A stretch of 64,000 nucleotides of DNA from Candidatus Bruticola sp. (GTDB lineage: Bacteria; Vulcanimicrobiota; Xenobia; Xenobiales; Xenobiaceae), in assembly GCA_051874735.1 (NCBI GenBank), contig JBJEGD010000022.1:32402-96401 (forward strand), in the 5' to 3' direction. The first letter of the stretch is position 1, and the number at the start of each line of letters is the position of its first letter. Made by a program: the position numbers and the translations under genes. Shown one piece after another: positions 1 through 8,106 of the stretch. The notes under the pieces are model-generated. The model searched no databases. It saw only the letters and a program-made list of their open reading frames with translations, and was not told the DNA's origin.

Positions 1-1403
1 TGGCTTTTGCCTGCCCCGTTTCGGCTTCCGTTCCGGACGACTTTATAAGTGTTTCTGTCAATGGTCAAATTCTTTACTTAGATCAAGCTCCGGTACTCAA
101 AGACGGTACTACTTTAGTTCCTATGCGAGCTATTTTTGAAGCTCTCGGTGCTACTATCAAATGGAATGCCGAAACAAAAACGGTACTAGCGAACACCGCT
201 TCTGATGCGGAGTTAATGGCCAATCCCCAAGCTCCCAACACATCAATATCTTTGACTATTAACGCTCCTGAAGCTACTGTAAATGGGCAAGCGGTCAAAC
301 TGTTAGCTCCGGCACAGATTATTGCCGGTAACACCATGGTCCCCCTGCGTTTTGTTGGCGAAGCTTTGGGCGCCAATGTAAAATGGGATGGACACTCACG
401 CCTTATCCGCGTCTTATCCGATAAGGCTAAACTGCAAGTAGCCGAGCAAAAGAATGATGGAACTATCGTAAAGATAATCTCTCCTGAGAACGAAATTTCC
501 TACATGTATATTAAAAATGAGGCCGATACTCCGAGCAATTGGGATCTATTATCTCTTAAGCGGCTCCAAGTTGGCGGTCAAGCGGGCATTCTCCGAGTTC
601 TCGATGAGACAGGAAGCAATCCCATTTACACGCGCACTTTAGACAATTACACCACTGCTGCCTACAGCCCGGAGCAACGCTTAGAAATAGTCAAGCATCT
701 GGGCATAGATAGTTCAGATGCCAATAAAATTGCCGTCAGCTTGATTACGAATTACGTTCAGAACCGCAAATACTTTATGCAGCTAGTGGCCCTTCTGGGA
801 GCTATATGCAGCAATAAATCGTTAGTTTTAGACGACGAAATACGAGAGCAGGTTATGGCATTTTTAGTTAATAAACTGCAGAATGGCGATCCTAAACTAG
901 ATGCCAATAGCAACAATATGCTGAAGCGTCAATGCTTGCTTTCCTTAGCCTTGGCCCGGAAAATCAGCCCCGAAGCCCTGCGCGCTGTCGTTAAGTACTA
1001 CGAGTCTGAATCTAATTATTATTGTTTAAGCCCCATAAATTTCTTCTTCTTAAGTCATGCCGCTGACATACAAGCTTTAAGTGATGGTAGCAGCCTGCTT
1101 GAGAGGGCCAAAGCGGTCAATTCTATGTATAAAGATCAGCTGGCTGACGCTATTGCCAAAGGTTTGAAAAAACAAGCTGATGACATGAAGCCGATTGTAC
1201 CTACCGCTTCGGCAGCGGCTCCGTTGAAATCTGAAGAACTTGAGGCTATAGTGACCAAAACAACTTCTTCTAAAAGCAACTCTGCAACAACTCCTAAATC
1301 GGCTCCATCTAAGAGCACCGATTCTACTAAACAACAAAGCTCTACATCAGACTCTCCGGTCTCCTCTACCGAAGATGCTCCTCTGCCCAAATCCGTACTG
1401 TAG
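1..1403 (+). CDS. Copper amine oxidase N-terminal (stalk) domain surface protein, 5'-truncated by the window edge
   Basis: The frame is open from position 3 (AFACPVSA..., likely the end of a signal peptide). It has two stalk-domain motifs (TLVPMRAIFEALGATIKW; TMVPLRFVGEALGANVKW), then an unknown helical domain and a Ser/Thr-rich tail. Confidence 0.85.
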   Translation, partial: AFACPVSASVPDDFISVSVNGQILYLDQAPVLKDGTTLVPMRAIFEALGATIKWNAETKTVLANTASDAELMANPQAPNTSISLTINAPEATVNGQAVKLLAPAQIIAGNTMVPLRFVGEALGANVKWDGHSRLIRVLSDKAKLQVAEQKNDGTIVKIISPENEISYMYIKNEADTPSNWDLLSLKRLQVGGQAGILRVLDETGSNPIYTRTLDNYTTAAYSPEQRLEIVKHLGIDSSDANKIAVSLITNYVQNRKYFMQLVALLGAICSNKSLVLDDEIREQVMAFLVNKLQNGDPKLDANSNNMLKRQCLLSLALARKISPEALRAVVKYYESESNYYCLSPINFFFLSHAADIQALSDGSSLLERAKAVNSMYKDQLADAIAKGLKKQADDMKPIVPTASAAAPLKSEELEAIVTKTTSSKSNSATTPKSAPSKSTDSTKQQSSTSDSPVSSTEDAPLPKSVL

Positions 1404-1436
1404 TAGTTGCTTTAAATAAATAATTTCATAACTCAC

Positions 1437-1486
1437 AGAGCCGACTTTTTTCTCAACAAAAATCAGTGCAAAAAGTCGGTTCTTTT
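1437..1486 (+). terminator. Intrinsic terminator
   Basis: Stem agagccgacttttt / aaaaagtcggttct followed by a T run, just after the stop at 1403. Confidence 0.7.
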
Positions 1487-1639
1487 GATTTTACTTGGCA
1501 AAGGTAAAAAGCTCTCCGCAGGATCACTAAAAAAAGCGTAGAACACTTGACCCCCTTTGGTGCGAATAATCATTAGGCGGTCAACAATAAGAGCAGCCGC
1601 TGCCGAAGGAATCAGCAATCAAAAAAGGTTGTCGCAAAA

Positions 1640-3025
1640 ATGCAGAACCAAGAAGAGCAAAAAATTGCCGCTGTCGTTTTAGCTGCAGGCAAAGGTACCA
1701 GAATGAAATCGGAGCAGGCGAAAGTGCTCCACCAAGTTCTAGGCAAGCCAGTTATATTCAGAGTTCTCCAAGCTCTGAAAGGAATAAACTGTTCTCGTAG
1801 TATTATTGTTGTCGGCCACCAAGCTGAACAGGTTAAAGCATATTGTGAAACTCAGTTCACCGACTGCCTGTTTGCTGAGCAGCCAGTTCAGAATGGCAGC
1901 GGCCATGCTGTGCAGATGGCTTTACCTCATTTATCTAATTTTGAGGGATACGTTCTTATCTTAAACGGAGACATGCCTTTGCTGGACGTCTCTGCTCTGC
2001 AAAAAGTGATTAATGCTGCTCAGGCAGGCAATTATGCTCTAACTTTGCTTACAGCGGATTCATCTGATCACAGAGATTTTGGGCGTATTGTCCGCAATAG
2101 CGACAATTGTGTAGAACGCATTGTAGAGGCTAAGGACTGCACACCTGAAGAATATAAAATCACCGAGGTAAATATAGGTGTTTATTGCGCCCAGGCTGAC
2201 TTCTTGCGCCGCTTCCTGCCTCAACTAACTCCAAGCAATGCGCAGGGTGAGCTGTATTTGACCGATTTAGTTGGTTTAGGCCGAGCTGCTGGAGAAGAAA
2301 TAGGAGCGGTTATAGGTCAAGTAGACTACGCTTTAGGAGTTAATACGCGCGCCGATTTAGCTAAAGCTGCTGCAGCTTTGAAAGAACGTAAGTTAACCGA
2401 TCTTATGATTAGCGGCGTCAGTATTATAGATCCTCAATCGGTATGGATCGAAGATAGTGTAACTATTGGCAAAGACAGCGTAATCTGGCCGGGCACAGTA
2501 CTACAGGGCGGTACTGTTATTGGTGACAGATGCCAAATTGGTCCTAATTCTCAAATTACTGATAGCACTATTGGTAATAATAGCAACATAGTTCATTCCG
2601 TACTCAACGACGCTATAGTAGGCAGCGGAGTAAATGTTGGTCCCTTTGCTTATCTACGTCCCCGCGCTAATATTGCCGACCGAGCCAAAGTAGGCGATTT
2701 TGTAGAAATTAAGAATGCCAATATAGGAGAAGACACAAAAGTTCCTCATCTGACTTATATTGGCGATGCAGACATAGGCAGCGGCACCAATATAGGCTGC
2801 GGTACAATCACCTGCAACTACGACGGTAAAGCTAAACACCGCACCACTATCGGAGATCGCGTTTTTATAGGCTCAAACTCGAGTTTAGTAGCTCCCGTAA
2901 CTGTAGGTTCTGGCGCTAAAACCGGAGCAGGTGCCGTTGTAGTGCACGATGTATCTGAAAACAGTGTAGTAGTGGGAGTGCCGGCTCGTCCCATTCATCA
3001 TCGGCAGATAGCAGAGGGGAAGTAA
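1640..3025 (+). CDS. glmU: Bifunctional UDP-GlcNAc pyrophosphorylase / glucosamine-1-phosphate N-acetyltransferase
   Basis: LAAGKGTRMKS, NAQGELYLTD, hexapeptide repeats, GPFAYLRP, TCNYDGKAKH; upstream of prs. Confidence 0.97.
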   Translation: MQNQEEQKIAAVVLAAGKGTRMKSEQAKVLHQVLGKPVIFRVLQALKGINCSRSIIVVGHQAEQVKAYCETQFTDCLFAEQPVQNGSGHAVQMALPHLSNFEGYVLILNGDMPLLDVSALQKVINAAQAGNYALTLLTADSSDHRDFGRIVRNSDNCVERIVEAKDCTPEEYKITEVNIGVYCAQADFLRRFLPQLTPSNAQGELYLTDLVGLGRAAGEEIGAVIGQVDYALGVNTRADLAKAAAALKERKLTDLMISGVSIIDPQSVWIEDSVTIGKDSVIWPGTVLQGGTVIGDRCQIGPNSQITDSTIGNNSNIVHSVLNDAIVGSGVNVGPFAYLRPRANIADRAKVGDFVEIKNANIGEDTKVPHLTYIGDADIGSGTNIGCGTITCNYDGKAKHRTTIGDRVFIGSNSSLVAPVTVGSGAKTGAGAVVVHDVSENSVVVGVPARPIHHRQIAEGK

Positions 3026-3035
3026 AGAATTAGCT

Positions 3036-4067
3036 ATGAGCGAAATTAACGATCCTAATATATCAGAGCTTACAGCCTCAGAAAACATGGAAGCTATTCC
3101 TTTAGATTCCGTATTTCAGCCCACTCATCACGTCAAACTGTTCCACGGCAACTCTAATCCAGAGCTAGCTAAAGCGGTGGCTGATTATTTGAATATTCCC
3201 TTGGGCAAAGCGATGGTAACAACCTTTGCCAATAAGGAGATACGAGAAAAGATCGAAGAGAACGTGCGCGGAGCCAGAGTTTTTGTTATTCAGCCAACCT
3301 GCGGAAACGTGAATGACACACTCATGGAACTGCTCATAATGATCGATGCTCTTAAACGAGCTTCAGCTCATCAAATTTGTGCGGTTATTCCCTACTACGG
3401 ATACGCTAAGCAGGAAAAAAAGACTTCCGGCCGAGAGCCTATTACGGCCAAATTGGTTGCGAACTTAATTACTACCGCAGGAGCTAATAGAATTATCACC
3501 TGTGATTTGCACGCTGCTGCCATTCAAGGATTTTTTGATATTCCAGTAGACAACTTGAGCGCTTTACCTATCATAGCTGAGCATTACTTAAACAAAAATA
3601 TTCCTAAAGAGAATTTGGTAGTTGTTTCCCCAGACGCCGGCGGCGTAGCCCGAGCCACCAAATTGGCTGAACGTTTAGGCGCTAAGTTGGCTATTATTTT
3701 TAAACGTCGCCCCGAGCCAGACAAACTTGATGTCATCGACATTGTAGGCGATATTAATGGTAAAACTTGCATAGTTGTAGACGACATGATTTCAACAGGT
3801 GGTACCTTAGTAAAGGGAGTTGAGACTCTTATTGAGCACGGAGCTAAACGAGTTTACGCCGCCGCAACTCACGCCATCTTTGCCGAAGATGCCGTTCAAG
3901 TTATCAAAGATTCTCCTATCGAAGAGTTGATTGTAACTGATACTATTCCTATTTCCGAAGAAGCCAGAAATATGGGCAAACTAAAAGTTCTTTCTTTGGC
4001 TCCGCTCTTAGGGGAAACTATCCGTAGAACTCACTTTAATTTGTCGGTCAGTGAACTTTTTGTTTAG
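3036..4067 (+). CDS. prs: Ribose-phosphate pyrophosphokinase
   Basis: DLHAAAIQGFF, VVSPDAGG, VDDMISTGGT; glmU-prs synteny. Confidence 0.97.
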   Translation: MSEINDPNISELTASENMEAIPLDSVFQPTHHVKLFHGNSNPELAKAVADYLNIPLGKAMVTTFANKEIREKIEENVRGARVFVIQPTCGNVNDTLMELLIMIDALKRASAHQICAVIPYYGYAKQEKKTSGREPITAKLVANLITTAGANRIITCDLHAAAIQGFFDIPVDNLSALPIIAEHYLNKNIPKENLVVVSPDAGGVARATKLAERLGAKLAIIFKRRPEPDKLDVIDIVGDINGKTCIVVDDMISTGGTLVKGVETLIEHGAKRVYAAATHAIFAEDAVQVIKDSPIEELIVTDTIPISEEARNMGKLKVLSLAPLLGETIRRTHFNLSVSELFV

Positions 4068-4134
4068 TTACGCTGATCAATAAAACAATAATAAAAATAC
4101 AAGAGTCCCGCGCTCTGCCGCCGCTGCAAATATC

Positions 4135-4163
4135 TTGACACTTATAATGAAAAAAGATAAAAT
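4135..4163 (+). promoter_or_regulatory. Sigma70-type promoter for rplY-pth
   Basis: TTGACA (4135-4140), 17-nt spacer, TAAAAT (4158-4163). Confidence 0.8.
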
Positions 4164-4173
4164 AGGCGGGCAA

Positions 4174-4298
4174 TTTATCCTGGCAGCCGTAAGTTTAAAC
4201 ACAACGCGGCGCTAAGTAAAGGATAAGCGAGTAGTCGATCTTTTCCCCTCCCTGAGTTAATGCGGAAAAGATCCTCGCGGGTACCGAGGAGGAATATA
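4174..4298 (+). promoter_or_regulatory. Structured 5' leader of rplY (candidate ribosomal protein leader)
   Basis: Stems ttatcct/aggataa and gatcttttcc/ggaaaagatc (perfect 10 bp), plus cctcg/cgagg overlapping the Shine-Dalgarno sequence GAGGAGG. Confidence 0.6.
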
Positions 4299-4937
4299 AT
4301 GTCCCAGGTTAAGCTGGAAGCGAAAATTCGTAAAGAGACCGGTAAGGGTGTTGCCAGACGTTTGCGCCGTGAAGGTCGTATACCTGCCGTGTTGTACGGT
4401 CATCACCTCGAAGAGCCAATTATCCTTGACGTAAACTCAAAAGACACTGAAAAGATTCTTCAAACCGTTGGTAAAACTGCTATTATCAATTTAACCTTCG
4501 GAGAAGAGGGAGTTCAGGATCAGCTGGCTATGTTAGCTGATTACTCTCGCGATGTATTCGGTACTTGCCTCCTGCATGTAGACTTTAAGCAAGTTCGCAT
4601 GGATGAGAAAGTTACCGCTTCCGTTCCCGTGGTATTAGTAGGCGAAGCTGTAGGCGTACAAGAAGGCGGCGTCGTTGAGCAGTTGCTCCGTGAAGTAGAG
4701 ATCGAGAGTTTGCCTATGTCTATCCCCGCTCATATTGAAGTTGATATCAGTGGTTTAGGCCTTGGCCATCACCTCACTGTAGCTCAGATCGCTTGCCCGG
4801 AGGGTGTAGAGATTAAGGCAGAACCTTCCGAAACTATCGTCAGCATTGCTATTCCTAGAGCTGCTGCTGTGGCCGCTGAGGGTGCTGAGGGTGCTGGGTC
4901 TGAGGAGCAGGCTAGCGACTCCGGTAATGCCGAGTAA
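4299..4937 (+). CDS. rplY: 50S ribosomal protein bL25 / Ctc (long form)
   Basis: GKGVARRLRREGRIPAVLYG, LHVDF, C-terminal Ctc domain. Start moved to ATG 4299, which follows GAGGAGG. Confidence 0.95.
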   Translation: MSQVKLEAKIRKETGKGVARRLRREGRIPAVLYGHHLEEPIILDVNSKDTEKILQTVGKTAIINLTFGEEGVQDQLAMLADYSRDVFGTCLLHVDFKQVRMDEKVTASVPVVLVGEAVGVQEGGVVEQLLREVEIESLPMSIPAHIEVDISGLGLGHHLTVAQIACPEGVEIKAEPSETIVSIAIPRAAAVAAEGAEGAGSEEQASDSGNAE

Positions 4938-5000
4938 GGTTATAGGCTTTGTATAAAGCGCAAGTTTACAGAAAGCACTTAGCTGCGGGAGATTTGTAAG

Positions 5001-5582
5001 TTGAACGTTGCTAGTGCTTTTTTAGTTGTTGGTTTAGGCAATCCCGGAGCTGAATATAAAAATACCCGCCACAATATGGGGTTTCGAGCGGTAGATCTGT
5101 TCGCTCAAGCGCACCATTTTGAATTTACACGCAAAACTAAACTCTATACGGCGGCTTCTGGTACCATCGGCTCCACTGACATATTCATAATTAAGCCCAG
5201 AACTTATATGAATCTTTCAGGGAATGCTGTTCTCTCTATGTGTACCAGTTACGGCTTTAAGCCGCAGCAAATTATTGTTATATCTGACGACTTTTGCTTG
5301 CCTTTAGGCAGATTGCGCATTAGGTGCAGCGGAGGCAGCGGTGGTCACAATGGACTCAACAACATTATAGCCTGTTTGGGAGCTAATAATTTTATTCGTG
5401 TGCGCTTAGGCATAGGTTCAGCTCCAGTAGGTTCAGATCCCATAAATTTTGTCTTAGGAACTTTCTCTCCCAACGAGTATGAACCCATAAACGATTTGCT
5501 GCAGCGAGCTTCAGAAGCCATCTCCTATATTATCGAATGCGGACCGGAAGCGGCCATGAATAAATTTAATGGCCAGTCCTAA
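5001..5582 (+). CDS. pth: Peptidyl-tRNA hydrolase
   Basis: VGLGNPG..Y..TRHNMGF, KPRTYMNLSG, GGHNGL; TTG start. Confidence 0.96.
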   Translation: MNVASAFLVVGLGNPGAEYKNTRHNMGFRAVDLFAQAHHFEFTRKTKLYTAASGTIGSTDIFIIKPRTYMNLSGNAVLSMCTSYGFKPQQIIVISDDFCLPLGRLRIRCSGGSGGHNGLNNIIACLGANNFIRVRLGIGSAPVGSDPINFVLGTFSPNEYEPINDLLQRASEAISYIIECGPEAAMNKFNGQS

Positions 5583-5622
5583 GTAAAATAAGCTACATTC
5601 CAAAGTAGTGTCTTTTTTACAT

Positions 5623-5672
5623 AAAAAAATGGGTTTTAGAGGCTAAATTTTCGCTTCCAAAACCCATTTTTT
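5623..5672. terminator. Bidirectional intrinsic terminator between convergent genes
   Basis: Inverted repeat aaaaaatgggtttt / aaaacccatttttt. Confidence 0.75.
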
Positions 5673-5707
5673 CTATTAACAAGCCCAAAATAATCAGTGT
5701 ACGAATA

Positions 5708-6322
5708 TTAACGTATAAAGTTAGTATATTTAGTCGGCTCAATTTCCGGAACTGGCAGCTTAGCAGATTTTATATTTTGCAAAAGCCAGGCCATGTTATC
5801 CCCTAAAGTGCGCATAGTCTGCAAACCTTCTTCATCTTGTGCAACTTCTTCGGCATTATAACCGTGAGTGCCATTCCAATACTGAGAAGAAACTATAGGC
5901 ATACGGTTTATAGTAAAGTATTTATTCAAACGATCAAAAGATGCTGTAGTACCGCTGCGCCTGGCATTTAATACTACGGCTCCAGGCTTAAAAGCTAGCC
6001 TACCCTTACTAGCAAAGAAGGCGCGATCCAGCAAAGCACACAGGGCTCCATTAGGTCCAGCATAATAAACTGGAGAACCGATAATAATGCCATCAGCTTC
6101 GAGCATTAACTTCAGCATTTCATTGGCAGGATCATCATCAAAAACACATTTTCCCAACTGAGCACAGGCACGGCAAGCTATACAGCCATGTACAGCTCCT
6201 TGACCTATATGAAAAATTTCAGTTTCAATATTATGTTTTTGCAAGGCGGCAGCAACCTCTTGCAAAGCGGTATAAGTAGCTCCATGGGCATGAGGACTAC
6301 CATTGATTAACAAAACCTTCAT
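5708..6322 (-). CDS. Iron-sulfur flavoprotein (Isf / multimeric flavodoxin WrbA family)
   Basis: MKVLLINGSP, CIACRAC-x5-C, IIGSPVYY. Start set at ATG 6322, after the SD GGGAGG. Confidence 0.9.
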   Translation of the reverse strand: MKVLLINGSPHAHGATYTALQEVAAALQKHNIETEIFHIGQGAVHGCIACRACAQLGKCVFDDDPANEMLKLMLEADGIIIGSPVYYAGPNGALCALLDRAFFASKGRLAFKPGAVVLNARRSGTTASFDRLNKYFTINRMPIVSSQYWNGTHGYNAEEVAQDEEGLQTMRTLGDNMAWLLQNIKSAKLPVPEIEPTKYTNFIR

Positions 6323-6423
6323 TATCAATTCCTCCCAAAATAGAAATATGCTTTCGTAAAATTGACTATGCAACTTTATAATATTTCGTATTTTATCTTA
6401 CCGCTTAAAATTCTTGTCTCTGA

Positions 6424-6465
6424 AATAAAAAAGATTGAACCTCAGACTTGCCGAGATTCAATCTT
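6424..6465 (-). terminator. Terminator of the tRNA-Leu gene
   Basis: Stem aagattgaa / ttcaatctt followed by a T run on the minus strand. Confidence 0.7.
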
Positions 6466-6476
6466 CACCATTTGTA

Positions 6477-6561
6477 TGGTGCGGAGAGAGGGACTCGAAC
6501 CCTCACGGATTGCTCCATACGCCCCTCAAACGTATGCGTCTACCGATTCCGCCACCTCCGC
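6477..6561 (-). tRNA. tRNA-Leu (anticodon GAG), CCA encoded
   Basis: Reverse complement GCGGAGGTGGCGGAATCGGTAGACGCATACGTTTGAGGGGCGTATGGAGCAATCCGTGAGGGTTCGAGTCCCTCTCTCCGCACCA: long variable arm, TTCGA loop, anticodon loop TT-GAG-GG. Confidence 0.97.
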
Positions 6562-6573
6562 GGGAACGGGGTT

Positions 6574-6601
6574 ATTATAGCAAAAAAATAATGTAAGTCA
6601 A
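6574..6601 (-). promoter_or_regulatory. Sigma70 promoter of tRNA-Leu
   Basis: Minus strand TTGACT, 16-nt spacer ending in TGC, then TATAAT (extended -10). Confidence 0.75.
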
Positions 6602-6737
6602 GAGATTATTCCACCAAAAAATATATTTATACGAATAAATAATTAAAGTGTAAACAGGCAACCAAGAGACTAAAAACGCTTATCCACCCACTTAAAGAAG
6701 GGAAGAACATTTTTTTTGCAAAATAAGCCACCGAGCC

Positions 6738-7640
6738 ATGTCTATACAAAATCATTCCTATGTTTTAAAAGAATCGTACAATTGGTGCCGCCAACTGACA
6801 GCTAAGCGCGCCCGCAATTTTTATTACGCTATTCGCCTACTACCTAAAGCTAGGCGCGACGCTATGTGTGCCGTTTACGCTTTCTTCCGCCAGTGCGATG
6901 ATATTTCCGACGCCCACAACGTATGCAGTCGACGTGAGCAGTTAGAAAATTGGAAACAGATCATACAGGGACAAGAGCCCTCGACTTTTATGCCAGGTCT
7001 TCCGGCTCTACGTCATACTGTAGCTAAATATCACATTAGCCCGCAGCCCTTTCTCGATTTAATAGATGGCATGTTTATGGATTTGGAGGAGATTCACTTC
7101 AAAACTTTCGATGAATTATATCTTTACTGCTACAGAGCAGCGTCTACCGTAGGGTTGGTATGCATTAGTATCTTTGGAGCTCAAAACAAGCCTGAAGTTT
7201 ATAAAATGGCCGAGTATCACGGCATTGCCTTCCAACTCACTAACATTCTGCGCGATATCAATCAGGATGCTTCAGAAGGCAGAGTATATATTCCCGATGA
7301 AATTTTAGACAAGTTTGACATCACGCGTCAGTCTATACTCAACAGAACTTACAACGAATCAAAGATGGCTAAACTTATTGAGTACATGGCTAAGTTGGCT
7401 CAAAGCTATTACGATCGGTCAGAATTTCTTCCTTATTTTATTCCTCTGCCCAGTCGTGTATGTCTGCGCGCCATGACTAATATATATCATGGTATTTTGA
7501 AGAAAATAGAAAGCATGGGCACAGCTATCCTGCATACAAAAGCCCGCTTGAAATTGTGGCAAAAACTTCTGGCCATTGCTTCAGCCTACTTTGTAACTTG
7601 GGCAGACTTTCTGCGGGAAACTTTTTTGCCTTCAAATTAA
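6738..7640 (+). CDS. Squalene/phytoene synthase family protein (HpnD/CrtB-like)
   Basis: NFYYAIRLLP...AVYAFFRQCDDISD and GIAFQLTNILRD..QDASEGRVYIP motifs. Confidence 0.9.
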   Translation: MSIQNHSYVLKESYNWCRQLTAKRARNFYYAIRLLPKARRDAMCAVYAFFRQCDDISDAHNVCSRREQLENWKQIIQGQEPSTFMPGLPALRHTVAKYHISPQPFLDLIDGMFMDLEEIHFKTFDELYLYCYRAASTVGLVCISIFGAQNKPEVYKMAEYHGIAFQLTNILRDINQDASEGRVYIPDEILDKFDITRQSILNRTYNESKMAKLIEYMAKLAQSYYDRSEFLPYFIPLPSRVCLRAMTNIYHGILKKIESMGTAILHTKARLKLWQKLLAIASAYFVTWADFLRETFLPSN

Positions 7641-7645
7641 CAGTT

Positions 7646-8092
7646 ATGAGAAAAATAAAAACCATCTTGGCTCTGCTGTTTGCCATGACAGCCACTACTT
7701 TAGGTGATATCTTTATGGCCAAACTGCTACGCCCTTATGAGGGCGTAGCTATTAGTAATCTATCTCAAGTTTGGGATATAGTTTTAAATTTACTGTGCTG
7801 CGGTACATTTTGGCTGGCCATCGTCTGTTTTTTATCTTTTTTTATTACCTGGTTGAGCGTGCTCTCTTATGAAGATCTTTCCTTTGCCCTACCTTTAACC
7901 GCTATTACCTACATTCTGAACGCTTTTTTAGCAGGTCCCATGCTAGGAGAGCAGTTAAGTCCAACCAGATGGCTGGGAACGATTATTATAGGCCTAGGAG
8001 TAGTATTCGTTTCCCTTAGTGAAGGCCAAAAAGCTCAGCCGAACTGTAATTCCGAAAGTAAAGCTCCTCCCCCCCAAGCCCATCAAGCTTAA
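7646..8092 (+). CDS. Small DMT/EamA-family membrane transporter
   Basis: Four hydrophobic segments; LSYEDLSFALPLTAITYIL...LGEQLSPTRWLG signature. Start moved to ATG 7646, 5 nt after the upstream stop. Confidence 0.8.
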   Translation: MRKIKTILALLFAMTATTLGDIFMAKLLRPYEGVAISNLSQVWDIVLNLLCCGTFWLAIVCFLSFFITWLSVLSYEDLSFALPLTAITYILNAFLAGPMLGEQLSPTRWLGTIIIGLGVVFVSLSEGQKAQPNCNSESKAPPPQAHQA

Positions 8093-8106
8093 ATTGTCTA
8101 AGAAAA

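Noticed and set aside
5708-6476. Iron-sulfur flavoprotein gene next to the tRNA-Leu 3' end as an integrated element
   Set aside because: No integrase and no duplicated tRNA 3' end (att site) were seen. Single-gene transfer is possible but unsupported.
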